The notes: generated from the letters alone by a model not told the origin. A stretch of 64,000 nt of DNA from Octopus sinensis (GCF_006345805.1 NC_043010.1:6634001-6698000), one strand, 5' to 3'; counted from the stretch's first letter, positions 38,611-52,955 are shown. Numbers and translations are program-made.

Positions 38611-38790
38611 TCATCATCATCGTTTAACGTCCGCTTTCCATGCTAGCATGGGTTGGACGGTTCAACTGGGGTCTGGGAAGCCCGAAGGCTGCACCAGGCC
38701 AGTCAGATCTGGCGGTGTTTCTACAGCTGGATGCCCTTACTAATGCCATCCACTCCGTGAGTGTAGTGGGTGCTTTTTATGTGCCACTGA
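38611..38790 (-). mobile_element. Family E repeat
   Basis: catcatcgtttaacgtccgctttccatgctagc. Confidence 0.85.
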
Positions 38791-38819
38791 CACACATATG
38801 TCTGTGTATATCTTTTATC

Positions 38820-39545
38820 TTTTATCTGTTTCAGCCATTAGACTATGGCCATGCTGGGGCACTGCCTTGAACTTTTAAATGAATGAATTGACTCTAGTAT
38901 TTATATTCTTTTTGTTAAGCTTGGTACTAATTTTATCATTCTCTTTTGCTACATGCTAAGTTATGGGGATATAAAAACAGTAGCACCAGTTGTCAAGTGG
39001 TGGTTGCAGACAAACAAACTCAAAGACATTTGCATAGATATATATATATATATATATGTGGAGGCGCAATGGCCCAGTGGTTAGGGCAGTGGACTCATGG
39101 TCGTAGGATCGCAGTTTCGATTCCCAGACCGGGCGTTGTGAGTGTTTATTGAGCGAAAACACCTAAAGCTCCACGAGGCTCCTGCAGGGGGTGGTGGCGA
39201 TCCCTGCTGTACTCTTTCGCCACAACTTTCTCTCTCACACTTTCTTCTGTTGGCCTGCTCGCTTAGCCAGCAGGGTGACGTTATTTGAAGGCTAAAGCAA
39301 TGCGAAGCGCATTGTGACCAGCGGTGTGTAGCAACACCTGATAGCCTGGTCGGTCACGGTGATATATATATATATATATATAGTCATATATACAACCAGT
39401 TCCTTTCTGTTTCCATCTACCAAATCCACTCACAAGGCTTGGGTCAGTCCAGGCTTATAGCAGAGAACACTTGACAAAGGTGCACATAGTAGAACCGAAG
39501 CTGAACCATGTGGTTGGGAAGCAAGCTTCTTGCCACGTAGAAACA
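38820..39545 (-). mobile_element. Diverged SINE A interrupted by a SINE C (39058-39363, plus)
   Basis: A tail at 38820-39035 and A head at 39370-39545 flank the C copy, which sits in the internal TA tract. Confidence 0.75.
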
Positions 39546-39601
39546 CCCATACACATATATGTGTGTGAATCTATGTATGTGGGTGTATATGAATGTACAA
39601 T

Positions 39602-39637
<36 letters not shown>

Positions 39638-39638
39638 A

Positions 39639-39915
39639 CAGGGGCTGGTCAAAATAATGGAAATACCTTAAAATTTCAAACAAATTTATTCTAATATGGG
39701 GTAGGACCGCATTCGGCAGTAATTACAACTTGAATTCTACAAGGTATGGTCTCGTAAAGAGTTTGAATTGTTTCCAAAGGAATTTTTGTCCATTCTACAG
39801 CTAAAACAGTCTCCAGTTCTTGTAGTGATGATGGTGAAGGATATCGACTCCTTACTTGTTTTTCTAAAATGCACCATAAATAATATTGAGATCTGGGGAC
39901 AGTGGTATGATACAA
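39639..39915 (-). mobile_element. Tc1-family transposon 3' end with TIR
   Basis: TA|CAGGGGCTGGTCAAAATAATGGAAATACC; LWCILEKQVRSRYPSPSSLQELETVLAVEWTKIPLETIQTLYETIPCRIQVVITAECGPTPY*. Confidence 0.9.
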
Positions 39916-40094
39916 TATTCTGATGTATAATAATGTATAATGAAAATAATTTGTAATATAATATTTGTTTTACTGATAGATAAAAGTAAAAATAATATTT
40001 CAATCTTTTAAATGTCAATCACGATTTCATTTAAAAGGAATTATTTCATTTTCAACTCATGAAATCAGTTCAGACATTACGTAGTGGATGTATT

Positions 40095-40480
40095 CTTTTA
40101 TTTGTTTATTTGTTTCAGTCATTTGATGGTTTTATAGATATTTCAAAATTATGATGCTATGATGCTAGGTGTTTCCATTATTTTGTCCAACCCCTGTGTA
40201 TACATGTGGTATATTATTGTTTGTAAGCCTAGTACTTATTCTATCAGCCTCTTTTGCGGAATCACTAAGTTACAGGGACATAAACACACTAGCATCAGTT
40301 GTCAAGCGATGTTGGGGGGACAAACTCAGACACACAAACACACATATATGTGTATATATACGATGGACTTCTTTCAGTTCCTGTCTACTAAATCCACTCA
40401 TAAAGCTTTGGTCAGCCCGTGGCTATAGTAGAAGACACTTACCCAAGGTGCCACACAGTTGGACTGAACCCAGAATATGT
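40095..40480 (-). mobile_element. SINE A, diverged and interrupted
   Basis: Family A segments. Confidence 0.8.
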
Positions 40481-40670
40481 GCGTGTGTTTGTGCATATAT
40501 TCATACATACATGCATACATAGACACTTACATACATATGTATACACTAATCTATTTATGTACACATATATAAATATATATATGTGCACATACATATATAA
40601 ATGTATGTGTATCTATATATTTGTGTGTGCGCATGTGTGTATGTGTGTGTTTATATATGTATATACATAT

Positions 40671-41791
40671 CACAATAAAAAATGCCGGTGCAAGCATGTT
40701 AATATTCTTAAGTTATCATACAGAACAAGATTTCTACAGTAGAATTTGCCTAATTTGTCATCTCTGAAGGAAACTAAAATGTATTTAAAATTAAAATTCT
40801 ACTGTACTTAAAATATTGTAGCCGAGAATAACATTCTTAAAATTTACTGTTTTATTAAAAGAAAAATTATCAAAAACATTCCTGGGTTTTTCCAAAAATA
40901 AGCCCATCTGATTTTAAGCCTATGGGCTTATATTCAGAAACTCTTTTCATGTATAAACCTAGTAATTTTTATTATTTTCAAAGAAAAAGTTTATTTAAGC
41001 AAAATTACATAAATCTGTATTTTAGCCCATGGGCTTATTTTTGGAAAAAGCAGTATTTTAAAAATGAAATAAAATAAAAAATAAAATTAATTCTTAAAAA
41101 ATGCAGTAGAATTCATCTAATTGGTCATCCCTAGGAGAAAACTGAAAGTGACAAATTAGATGAAGTAATGAATTAGCCGAAGTTAAATTAGGATAATTCT
41201 ACTGTATTAATGCTAATTAATAAATTTTACTTATAATTTATTCATCAAATTAATTTTTTTTAATGTGGAAGAATTGCCTGAACATATGGTTGATTTGAAA
41301 CCATTTAATAACCATTCTATTGCAATCAATATTTTTTTTTTTGTAATGGGATTTCAATTTAAGTGAAAAAATTATTATTAATAATGCAATATTATTTACA
41401 ACTTCATATTTTACTGTTAGTACTTGATAAAACTAAATAAAATGACTATTTTAATTGAATATTTCAGAAAACATGATTTAAAAAAAAATTTTGTTTAAAT
41501 ATATTTTTGATTATTTTTGTACCATGTTTTTAAAGATTTACTTGGTTTTTAGATTCTCATAATATAGAAAATAAATTATCTCAAATTTACCTAATATGAT
41601 ATATTTTAATTTGAAAAATGTTATTCTCTGCTGCAATATTTTAAGTACAGAAGAATTTTGATTCTAAGTTCTTTTTAGTTTCTTTTAGAGGTGATGAATT
41701 AGGCAAATTCTACTGTAGAAATCTTGTTCTGTACTTTTCCAGGAGTAATAACCTAAGGATACTAGCATCCAGGAACCCACATTTTCATTGT
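40671..41791. mobile_element. Non-autonomous DNA transposon with ~165-175 bp TIRs and a nested inverted repeat
   Basis: 40671-40835 is the reverse complement of 41617-41791 (roughly 80% identity by eye); inner IR tttttccaaaaataagcccat / atgggcttatttttggaaaaa at about 40887-41050. Confidence 0.75.
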
Positions 41792-42479
41792 AATTTGCTT
41801 TTTTCCAGGCAATGCAATAAAACTAATAAATATTTTTTTGTTAGAAAATATTTAAATTATTTTTCATTGTTGATGATTGAATTAAAATAAGAATTTTATG
41901 CTGTTTTTTAATTTTCACATATTTTTTCTTGAATTCCAAAAATAAGAAAAAAGTTATATGGACAGGGTTTCGTTGCATTGGCTAATATAAAAATGATTAA
42001 AAAATACAAAAATAGCCAATGCATCCACCGTAAGGCACAAGGAGCCGCCTGTCCGTTTGCTTATTCTGAACAGCATTACTAGAAACTTTCAGTTCTACCC
42101 ATTGAAAGAAAGAAACAATAACAGTATTGTATCATTAAATTTTGAGGAATAAAATTTTTTGAATGAAGTTCTCATATACATGCTAAAATTCCATATTATA
42201 CTCCAATTTTCATAAACCAATTTGAAACTGCAATTTCCATTAATAAAATATAATCCGCTTATTTTTAAAAAGACGAAAATAACCAATGCATCCACCATAA
42301 GGCAGGAAGAGCCACCTGCCCTTGTTACGGCAAAGTTAGTTTGTTAGTCAAAATTCATGCAAAATAAAATAAAGCCTTCAATTTAGCTTTTACTCTGCAT
42401 GTTAACAACTCTGACAGATTGTTATCTTAGTACTCTAATAAGTAATAATATTACTTGAAAATTGTTTTATGTACTTTTG

Positions 42480-43685
42480 GCACATTTAGTTCATATAACT
42501 TTTTTCCATTTTGAATATTTTTTTGAAAAGATTAGCACTACGACACTCGTCTTGATGGGTTCTATCATATGAGCTACACAAAAACCAAAATTTTTTGCAC
42601 AAAAACAAAATGCTTAAGCTTTGAATTTACTTTTAGGCATTACCACTGTTTTCCGCGTATTTGACCCCAGTAGTTATTTATTTATTTATTTATTTGATTT
42701 AATTATCATCATGGGATTTCTGTAGTCGAGCTCTATCAGAAAATTAAATTTAAATATATATTTGGACTCGAAGTCGATTTCAGGTGTTATTCCCCTGTTT
42801 GTGACCTTACATATTTGACTCAAACTTTTTTTCTACTTTACCAATTTTCAAATTATTTAGATCGACATGCAGCTTACGATGTGACCAATCTAAAAATATA
42901 AACATCATCTAATTTGATTTAAAACTAAGTTAGTGACAAAGCCAAGAAGTGGTCATGAATGAGTAAATGTTGACCTTAAGAATATTATTCACACACGGTA
43001 GTTTGTGAATGATATTTTTTGAAAAGATTAGCCCCATGATATTCATCTTGATAAGTTCTATCATATGAGGTAAAAAACAAAACTTTTTAGGTTTTGAATT
43101 TGATTTTAGGCATTATCACGTTTTTCAGCACATTGGGCCCCAGTAGTTTTTTTTTTTATTAAAAATCTATTTTTATATGATTGGCCTCATCGGATTCCTC
43201 TAGTGGAGATCTACCAAAAAAGCTGAATTTAAATATAGTTTTCTTTTGAAATAAGAATAATATTTAAAGTCAAATTCGATTTCAGGCATAAACCTCCTTT
43301 TTTATTTATTTTTTTGCTGGTTTTTACCTCAGTACTTATTTTTGTACTGAATATTTTTGAATAAGTAACATGAATAGATTCCTGTTGATGAGATCTATCA
43401 TATAAGCTAAACTAAAATATAGATTTCTCTTTAAGAAAAATATTTTAAGTCAAAGTCAATTTCAGGCGTTACTCTCCAATTTTTGACCTCATATTTTACT
43501 GAAACTTTTTTTCTACCAAAGAAATGTGGCTGAAAATGTAGCTTAGAATGAGACCGATCTAAAAATATAAACACCATCTAATTTGGTTAAAAGCTGAGTT
43601 AGTGACAAAGCCTAGAAGTGGTCACAAGTGAGTAAATGTTGACCTTAAGAATAATATTCACACACTACCGTGTGTGAATGATATA
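42480..43685 (+). repeat. Two diverged tandem copies (~530 and ~670 bp), each ending in a hairpin; probable non-autonomous DNA or rolling-circle element
   Basis: Shared blocks gaaaagattagc...ttctatcatatgag...gatctaaaaatataaaca...gttgaccttaagaa...attcacacac-loop-gtgtgtgaat. Confidence 0.65.
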
Positions 43686-44414
43686 GGTATATATGTGTGT
43701 GTATATGTAATATATATATATATATGTGTGTGTGGTGGTGTGTGTGTGTGTGTGTATATACATATATATATATAGTCAAGGCTATTGAAAAGGTTGCAAG
43801 ACGCAACAAAAATTTTAGGAAAGTAAAAATAAGAAAAAAGGGGGAAATTTTACCAGTGAGAGTGTTACATTATAAGGCTCGAAAAGAATGACTCCCCAGA
43901 ACACAACAGAATATGCTTCAACACCCACGAACTCATATAAAGAATCTTGCAAACCAAATCCAAAAGCGAAATATAATATATATATATAAATAATATATAT
44001 ATACATCTATCTATATATCAATCTATCTATCTATCTCTCTCATATATAAATATTGGTTTCAGATAACAAGAGAATAACAGTTTAAATAAAATTATGGATA
44101 TGAAAAATCTCCATTCTCTGCATACATATTAATACTATATATATATATATTATATCTATATACAAAAAAGGGTGAATATAATTAATTTAATAAAATTAAT
44201 AATTTCACCTAGTAGATTTATCTGTATGGAAAAACAATATTGGTAATAATTATATTAATTATAATAAAGGGTTAATTGCAACTTGTTGCAAATAACCCTT
44301 ATTATAATAATATATATATATATATGGATAAGTAGATAGATTGATAGATAAAAAGGTAGATAGATACAGATTTAGATAGAAATATACATATATATCATTC
44401 AATATTAATAGTGA

Positions 44415-44610
44415 CTGTAAGGTGGTGAGATGACAGAATCATTAGCATGTGAGGTAAAATACTTAGTGGCATTTTGTACATCTTTACATTCTAAGTTCAA
44501 ATTTTACCAAGGTTGAGTTTTACTTTTATCCTTTCAAGGTTGATAGAATAAGTACTAGTCAAATTAGTGCCTCCCCAAAAATGACTGGCCTTTGGCTAAA
44601 ATTTGTAATC
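44415..44610 (+). mobile_element. SINE B, degenerate
   Basis: gtaaggtggtgagatgacagaatc...aagttcaaatt. Confidence 0.7.
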
Positions 44611-44789
44611 AACATTAATAGTGAATTTATATTTTATGTTTTACAATTAAAATTCCTTGACAAGCCAATTTTGATATTGAAAATTAGAAGTAAGCAGTTA
44701 TTAACATTATTTTGACTCTACAAACAGTATTTGAGTATTTTGATACTTATGTAGTGTACTAAGTATGCATATAATACAAGCTTTATATA

Positions 44790-44874
44790 CAAATATGTAT
44801 GTATGTGTATGTATGTGTATATCCACACATATATATATATATATATATCCACACAGACATGTAAGCAAGTGTGT

Positions 44875-44910
<36 letters not shown>

Positions 44911-45227
44911 GTATACACACATATATATATATAAATCGTTTAGAGGATATTTAAACCTCATAAAGGGATAGCTACATCCAAGGGAACACTGGTCCTATAC
45001 CTAGTATTATTGGGAAATGAAATCTCCTTAAATAAATAGGTATATATTAAGCATATGATTTATGTTCAATGAATTGAAGGAAAGTAAATAAAGAGTTAAA
45101 GTTAATAATTATTATTTATTATTAAAAATAGAAATAAAGATTACCAAATTTTTAACAATAAATAATAAATAAATTATTATTAACTTTAAACTCTCTATTT
45201 TTCTCTCTTCAATTAACTGAACATGAA

Positions 45228-45310
<83 letters not shown>

Positions 45311-45669
45311 ATAGATATAGATATATTTTCATACATATACATATATATGCATACACATGCATATACATACATATCTATACAGACAGACAAATAAATTGAA
45401 CAACTGAAAGGCAGGTAGAGAGATAGTGTAATAGATAGATAGGAACATTTATTGGGCCCATGCACAGACTTACATTCAGACTTACACACACACACACACA
45501 CACACATATGTATATGTGTGCATTTCTTTGCAACGATGAGTATTCCATACATGCTTATGCTTGTTTTTAAACATATTCGGGAGGGAATTCACTACAAAGA
45601 GTACTATATGTGTATATGTGCACATTTGTTGTGTTTGTGTTTGTGTGGTGTGTGTGTGTGTGTGTTGCG

Positions 45670-45704
<35 letters not shown>

Positions 45705-45740
45705 TATGTATATATATATATATATGTATATATAAGGTAT

Positions 45741-45774
<34 letters not shown>

Positions 45775-45960
45775 TATTTATGTATGTATGTATGTATATA
45801 TATATATATATTTATAAAACTATTAGCTTGTTTGGGGCTGTTCATTAAATCAATCTATCTATTTGTTTGTCCATCTGTCTGTTTATAAATACATACATAT
45901 ACACGCATATGTATATATCTAGAAAGAGAGAGAGAGCGAGAAAGGAAAAGAAAGTTGGAA

Positions 45961-46010
<50 letters not shown>

Positions 46011-46584
46011 GAGAACATTGGTTTGAATGGCCTGTGTTATTTATTCCAGCTCTCTGCACTCTCGGTTCAAGTACCGCCTAGGGAAATTTAGCATTTAACT
46101 TTTCGGATTTGATAAACAAAGTACCAGTCAAGAACGGTGGATTGTTTGAATGTATGTTAGACTGTCGGACAAGATGCCTTGTTGAACCATTACTGCTACT
46201 GTGCATTCTGAATGCATAGCCACCTCCTGTCATCAGGAAAAAAAATGAATAAAGATTGGGACTTTTGAGATCTGGTAAAAACGGGAATGTGCTTGGGGAA
46301 TCTTTAAAAAAGTGTCCAAGTATTTCAGCTGCCAAGAGGAACAGTAGAGGGATATTAAAACTCTGTACTGTTAATGAACAAATGATATGAGTATATGTAT
46401 ATATATATATGTGTATATATGTGTGTTTATGTATATATATAGATACACACACACATACTCACACACAAACACACTCACAAACACACACACACACACATTC
46501 TTTTATGCATTTCAGCCCAATGGCTGTGTCTGTATTTATTATATATATCTTCTGTGTGTGTGTATATGTGTGTGTGTATGTATG

Positions 46585-46624
<40 letters not shown>

Positions 46625-46722
46625 CATATATATTTATATATATATGCATATATATATAATATATATATATATACATGTATACATACATATATATTTATAT
46701 ATATATGCATATATATATTATA

Positions 46723-46753
<31 letters not shown>

Positions 46754-47150
46754 ATATATATATAAAATGTATACATGTATACATATATATATATATACAT
46801 ACATATATATTTTATACATATATAAATATACACACACACAGACATATATAAATATATATATTAACATATACATATATATATATTTACATCTATACATGCA
46901 TATATATATATATAAAATATATATTATAACACATATATATATATGTGTGTGTTTGTGTGTATGTGTATATATACATATTTTTATATATATTTGTATATAC
47001 GTATATACATTTTTTTGCCAGCTGTATGAACTGGAGCAATGTAAGATAAAGTGTCTTCCTCATGGACAAAACGCACTGCCAGATATAGACATACATATAT
47101 ATTTATAGATATATATATATATGTATATACACACACACATACATATTTAT
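44790..47150. repeat. Cluster of (TA)/(CA)/(GA) microsatellites with short unique inserts
   Basis: Seen directly. Confidence 0.85.
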
Positions 47151-47164
47151 ATGTATGTAAATCA

Positions 47165-47262
47165 GACTGGAAACTGGGGAAGCTCCTGTGACCTATCAGT
47201 TTCAGTTAAACTATCTAACCCATACCAGCAAGGAAAGCGGACGTTAAATGATGATGATAGTG

Positions 47263-47325
<63 letters not shown>
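47165..47325 (+). mobile_element. Family E tail plus (GAT)n
   Basis: ctaacccataccagcaaggaaagcggacgttaaatgatgatg. Confidence 0.75.
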
Positions 47326-48009
47326 CAAATATATGAGTACACATATTTACGCATATATTTATGCACACTCATATATACACTTACATATTTACACACACAT
47401 GCACACTTGCACACATACACATATTTGCATATGTTTATGTGTGGTTATCCAAAGAAATTAACAGCATTAAACGTATTTAAAAAAAAAAGAAAAACAACAG
47501 AAATTACTATAAAAATATTTTTGATAATTAATTATTCAAAATCTCAACGAAGTACATTACCATTTGTGCCACCCGCTTTTCCTTTTAACATAATATTCCT
47601 TTCTCATTTAGATATCTGAGCTTAATTAGAAGAATATACTTTCCAGTGAGACCCACCAGAAAATCTTTACTTACAACAGTTAACTTGCTTTATGAACCTA
47701 CTACATTTGACCCCGTCATTACCTCTTCTATGCTAATTAAGTTATTGCATTTTAAGAACATCTTAGAGATTACACTTTCAAAATTATTCATTAAAAGTTT
47801 CTTGTCTTTTCTTTATATAGTAAAAGATAAAAGATGAAATTTAGAAAAAGGTAAACATTTATCCTGTGAAGAAAAAATAAATGCATTGGAAGAAGTTATT
47901 CTATGAAACAATAGAAATGTAAAGGTTGCTGTTTAACCATCTATACAAGATTCAATTGATCTTTTGTGATGTGCTTCTATTAGCATTTTTTTTCTCTTTT
48001 TCTGTCTGA

Positions 48010-48212
48010 CTCTGTGTGTGTGTGTGTGTGTGTGTGCATGTTTGTGTGTGGTGGGTGGATGTGTTGTGTGCATGTTGCATATGTGTAAATGCATGCATAT
48101 AGAAAAAATATGAGACACTGAATACATAGTGATATAAATATGCATAAATGCACATTACATCTACATAGACAGTAACTATATATATACATATATATATTAT
48201 ATATATATAAAT

Positions 48213-48269
<57 letters not shown>

Positions 48270-48921
48270 CATATATATGCATACATGTATGTCTATATTT
48301 CCAAATGTTTATATGTATATATACATATTTATGGATACATGTGAATGTGTGTACATATACATAATATATTTAAGTGTATATCAGAATGAGAATGTGCGTT
48401 TTGATTATGCTCGGAGATACACACATACATACATGCATATATACACACATATATATATGCATACACACACACACACATATATATATATATACACACACAC
48501 ATATATACATACTCACGCACAGATATATATATAAATACACATATACATGCATACATATGTATATATATAAATATATATATATATATTTATATTCTATACA
48601 TACATGCATACATACATGCATATAAACACGCACACATATGTGTACAGAAACTCACACACACACACACACGTGCATGTATACCTGTATACCTGTATTGCCT
48701 ACTTTCAGCCATATATTTGAATAGTGTAGTTAGAAACTAATTAAGATATCTTACTTTCATGTTTTCAAGAACAATTCAACAAAGCATTACTATCGGAGTA
48801 TATTGTGTGCACGCTTAAATACGCAAGTGTGTGTGTGTGTTTGTATGTACGCATGTGTGTGTGTGTGTTTGTATGTACGTGTGTCTGTGTGTGTGTGTGT
48901 ATGTATGTACGCATGTGTGTG

Positions 48922-48952
<31 letters not shown>

Positions 48953-49078
48953 ATGTACGCATGTGTGTGTGTGTGTGTGTGTTTGTATGTACGCATGTGT
49001 GTGTGTGTGTGTGTGGTGTGTGTGTTTGTATGTACGTGTGTCTGTGTGTGTGTGTGTATGTATGTACGCATGTGTGTG

Positions 49079-49109
<31 letters not shown>

Positions 49110-49171
49110 ATGTATGCATGTGTATGTGTCTGTGTGTGTGTGTGTGTGTGTTTGTATGTATGCATGTGTGT

Positions 49172-49210
<39 letters not shown>

Positions 49211-49290
49211 TATGTACGCATGTGTGTGTGTTTGTATGTACGTGTGTGTGTGTGTATTTGTTTTAGTTCCTGTGTGTATACACGCATAAT
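48010..49290. repeat. (TA)/(CA)/(TG) arrays, including a (TG)n-TTTGTATGTACGCA minisatellite at 48825-49260
   Basis: Seen directly. Confidence 0.9.
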
Positions 49291-49589
49291 CTCTGTGTCT
49301 GCGAATGTATTTTCCAGTCTGCATTTCTGTGTGCATGCGATGTGATTATTGTGTGCGAATGCCTTTACATGCATCCGTATGTAACACTTGTATTCTTTTA
49401 GTGTTTTTGTTGAAAAAAAGTGTTTATCGTTGCTTTCATCCTAATTTCCATTCTTATTAATTAATAGAAACATATGCACTGCTTCCCATCATGCATTTCA
49501 TTAAGTAAAAGGCTTATTCTTAAAAGAGACAGTTTGTTCTGCTTTGTAAGCTTCAAAGAAAAAGATTTCTATAACAACTTCCAATACAT

Positions 49590-49877
49590 GCATGTGATGG
49601 TGTTGGTGGTGGTGGTTGTGGTGATGATGGTAGTGGTAGTAGCTGTAATGGTAGCATCGGTGGTAGTAGTGGTGGTGATGGTGATGATGAAGATGATGGT
49701 GATGATGAAGATGATGAAAATGGTAGTGGTGGTAGCTGTAACAGTAGCATTGGTGGTGGTGGTGGTGGTGGTAGTGGTGGTGGTGGTAGTGGTAGTGGTG
49801 GGGGTGATGATGATGCTGGTAGTGGTTAGTAGATGGTGTATGCTTTGTTGGTATTAACAATGACATGATGATGATGG

Positions 49878-49942
<65 letters not shown>

Positions 49943-50600
49943 GTGGTGGTGAGGAGGAGGAGGAGGAGGAGGGATAGATGGATGAATGGATTGTGTGCGT
50001 GAGGTTTGTGATACAATTCATGATGATGACGATGATGGCAGTGATTTTGGCTGATAGTGAAAGTGGTGTATGGGCAGGAGTGGTGGTGGTGGTTCAGGAG
50101 TTTGTGATGATAGTGTCTGGTAGCAGTTGTGGAATGGTAATATTGATATTGATGATAATATTGATGTGAATGGTGACTGGAACAGGGGGTAATGATGAAT
50201 ATCATGATGACAAGAAGAACAGTGAAAGTGAAGATGATGGTAATGGTGGTGGTATTGGTGGTGGTGGTGGTGGTTGTGGTGGTAGTGGTTGTGGTTTGAT
50301 TTGTGTTGTACTGGTGATAAGAACGACAAAGGTGATAATGATAATGTTAATGATGATGATGGTGGTGGTGGTGGTGCTAGTGGTGGATGTGGTGGTGGTG
50401 CTAGTGGTTGTTGTGCATTTGGAGGAAGTGGTGTGTGGGCAGCAGCAGCAGCAGCATCGTTGTCTTGATTTTCTTAATTACTTTTGATTGGTTAATACTG
50501 ATAACGATGATTATATTAGTGGTGATTATGATGATGATGATGACAATGTCAACAACATCGACCATAACATTGACAACGGTAGTAATAACAACGGTGATGA
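49590..50600. repeat. Degenerate GGT/GAT/GTA trinucleotide low-complexity region
   Basis: Seen directly; unique stretches contain stops. Confidence 0.85.
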
Positions 50601-50724
50601 TCGTGTTGATAGCACATGGGTAATATTTCTTTGTAAATATTTCGTAATTGCTATCATTACTTGACATGGTAATGCAATAGCTTTCTATTATTTTATCTCT
50701 GTAGAAGAGAAGTAACTTTTGTAT

Positions 50725-50961
50725 AAGGCGGCGATCTGGCAGAAACATTAGCGCACCTGGTGAAATGCTTAACGGTACTTCGTGAAATGCTTAACGGTAC
50801 TTTGTCAAATTCCGCCGAGGTCGATTTTGCCTTTCATCCTTTCAGGGTCGATAAATGAAGTACCAATTTCGCACTGGGGTCGATGTAATCGACTTAATCC
50901 GTTTGTCTGTCCTTGTTTGTCCTCTCTGTGTTTAGCCCCTTGTGGGTAGTAAAGAAATAGG
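50725..50961 (+). mobile_element. SINE B with an internal 22-bp tandem duplication
   Basis: gtgaaatgcttaacggtactt occurs twice. Confidence 0.9.
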
Positions 50962-50988
50962 TACTTCGTTTGTCTTTATGTTAGGGAT

Positions 50989-51530
50989 AGGAGTGGCTGT
51001 GTGGTAAGTAGCTTGCTTACAAACTACATGGTTCCGGGTTCAGTCCCACTGCATAGTACCTAGGGCAAGTGTCTTCTACTATAGCCTCAGGCCAACCAAA
51101 GCCTTGTGAGTGGATTTGGTAGACGGAAACTGAAAGAAGCCTGTCATATATATGTATATATGATTAATCTATATTTTTGTTACTTTTCATTTGTCTTGCT
51201 CACTTATGTTTCTGGTGTGCTAAATCTTCTAGAGAACAATTCTTAGTAGTTAAGACCATAGCGGATCTTCTTCTAGCAGAAGGGTTTCCACATAGTGGTT
51301 AAAAAAAAAAATTCCCTCTTATATTTATGTATATTTATACACACACACACACACACATATATGTGTGTGTGTGTGTATGTATGTATGTGTGTGTGTATGT
51401 TTGTGTATCTGTGTTTGTCCCCCAACATCACTTGACAACCGATGCTGGTGTGTATAAGTCCCCGTAACTTAGCGGTTCGGCAAAAGAGACCAATAGAATA
51501 AGTACCAGGCTTACAAAGAGTAAGTCCTGG
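50989..51530 (+). mobile_element. SINE A interrupted at about 51155-51340
   Basis: Head at 50989-51150, tail at 51390-51530. Confidence 0.8.
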
Positions 51531-51611
51531 GGGTAGTTGTCATCAGGAGGAATTGTCCTGATACGAAACTACACACTATATTATTCAGTTGAATGAAGAC
51601 ATATTCATACA

Positions 51612-51642
<31 letters not shown>

Positions 51643-51879
51643 CAAACAACTACACATACACACACACACACAAAAATACACATCACACAAGCAAATACAC
51701 CCACATCATACCCTCTTCCCCACCACTCATTTCCATGATATTTGTAGAAATGAGAAATATACTCAAGGATGCATTTTTAAATACTTGAACACTTGAATTT
51801 CCATTGTATATACATAAATATTGCTTCAAGTATAGACACAAGGATTTCAAATTAATGAGTGAAGGGTTAGTTCCTATAA

Positions 51880-52010
51880 TTAATCCAAGCACTTCACTGG
51901 TACTTTATTTTATTGATGCAAGAAGTTGAAAGGCTAAGCTGACCCTGGTTGGAACTGAGCTCAGAATATAAAGAATCAAAGAAAATACTACAAGGCATTT
52001 TTTCTAACTC
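51880..52010 (-). mobile_element. SINE B, degenerate
   Basis: ctggtactttattttattgatgc...gagctcagaatataaag. Confidence 0.6.
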
Positions 52011-52904
52011 TGTAATTATAGGTTACAAATGCATACATACAGATTAACACACAAATACACAAACACACAGGCATAAACAGCGAAGCATAAATACATACTT
52101 GTATGCATATAATGAGATGTAATCGTTACACTTGATCTACTTCAAGTTTCATGCTTGAATTGTATAGTAATCAGACTGGTTTGTATGGCATATTGTGTAT
52201 GATGTAGCAATTGTTCAAACTCAAATGACATGGCTATACCATTAAAGAACTGTGAGAAAAAATTATGTGTAAAAGTGAGAAAACATTAAGAAACATTTTA
52301 AGAGAAAAGGGAATAATTTCAGTCATGGAAACCAGATTATGTCACTTTAACCACTTAAATGAAGAATATTGTCAATGTTGGGTTTTACATCTGGAAAAAC
52401 TCTGCCTAGTGAGGGCAGTTGAATGGAGAAATACTAAGTGCATTGAACTTGAGTTTTCCAGTTTGATAACAGAAACTTGTGGAAATGCATACTGCTTATA
52501 AAAGTTCCCATACTATCTTAGTATGAAACTCTAAGTAGCCCACATATAACTTCTGTGTTCATTTGATATTTATCTCTTGTGAGATAGAAGTATATTTTTG
52601 ATGCTCTTATCAATAAGTAAACAATATACTAGTTCAACATACATCTTGGGTACATCATCCATGCTGTTCAGTATAGAACAATTAAATTATGAATCATATG
52701 TGAAGTTTACGTTTTTCGGCATTTTGATTATCTTAAATATGTTGCTCTTAAAATTCACCTAAGCCAATTCTGTATATAAGTTTATTATATTAATATTTAT
52801 TGCACTGGAATAATGTATTGGAATTTAACAATGTGTTAATAATTGATCTCTTAAATAACATATATTTATTTTATGATGTTTATACATCAGTTCGGGACAT
52901 ATCC

Positions 52905-52955
52905 TTATCTGTCTGTTTATATTTATATCTGTCTATCTATCGATCTATCTGTCTG

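Noticed and set aside
49474-50748. His-, Val- and Met-rich ORFs
   Set aside because: They are products of degenerate GGT/GAT repeats with no splice signals or domain.
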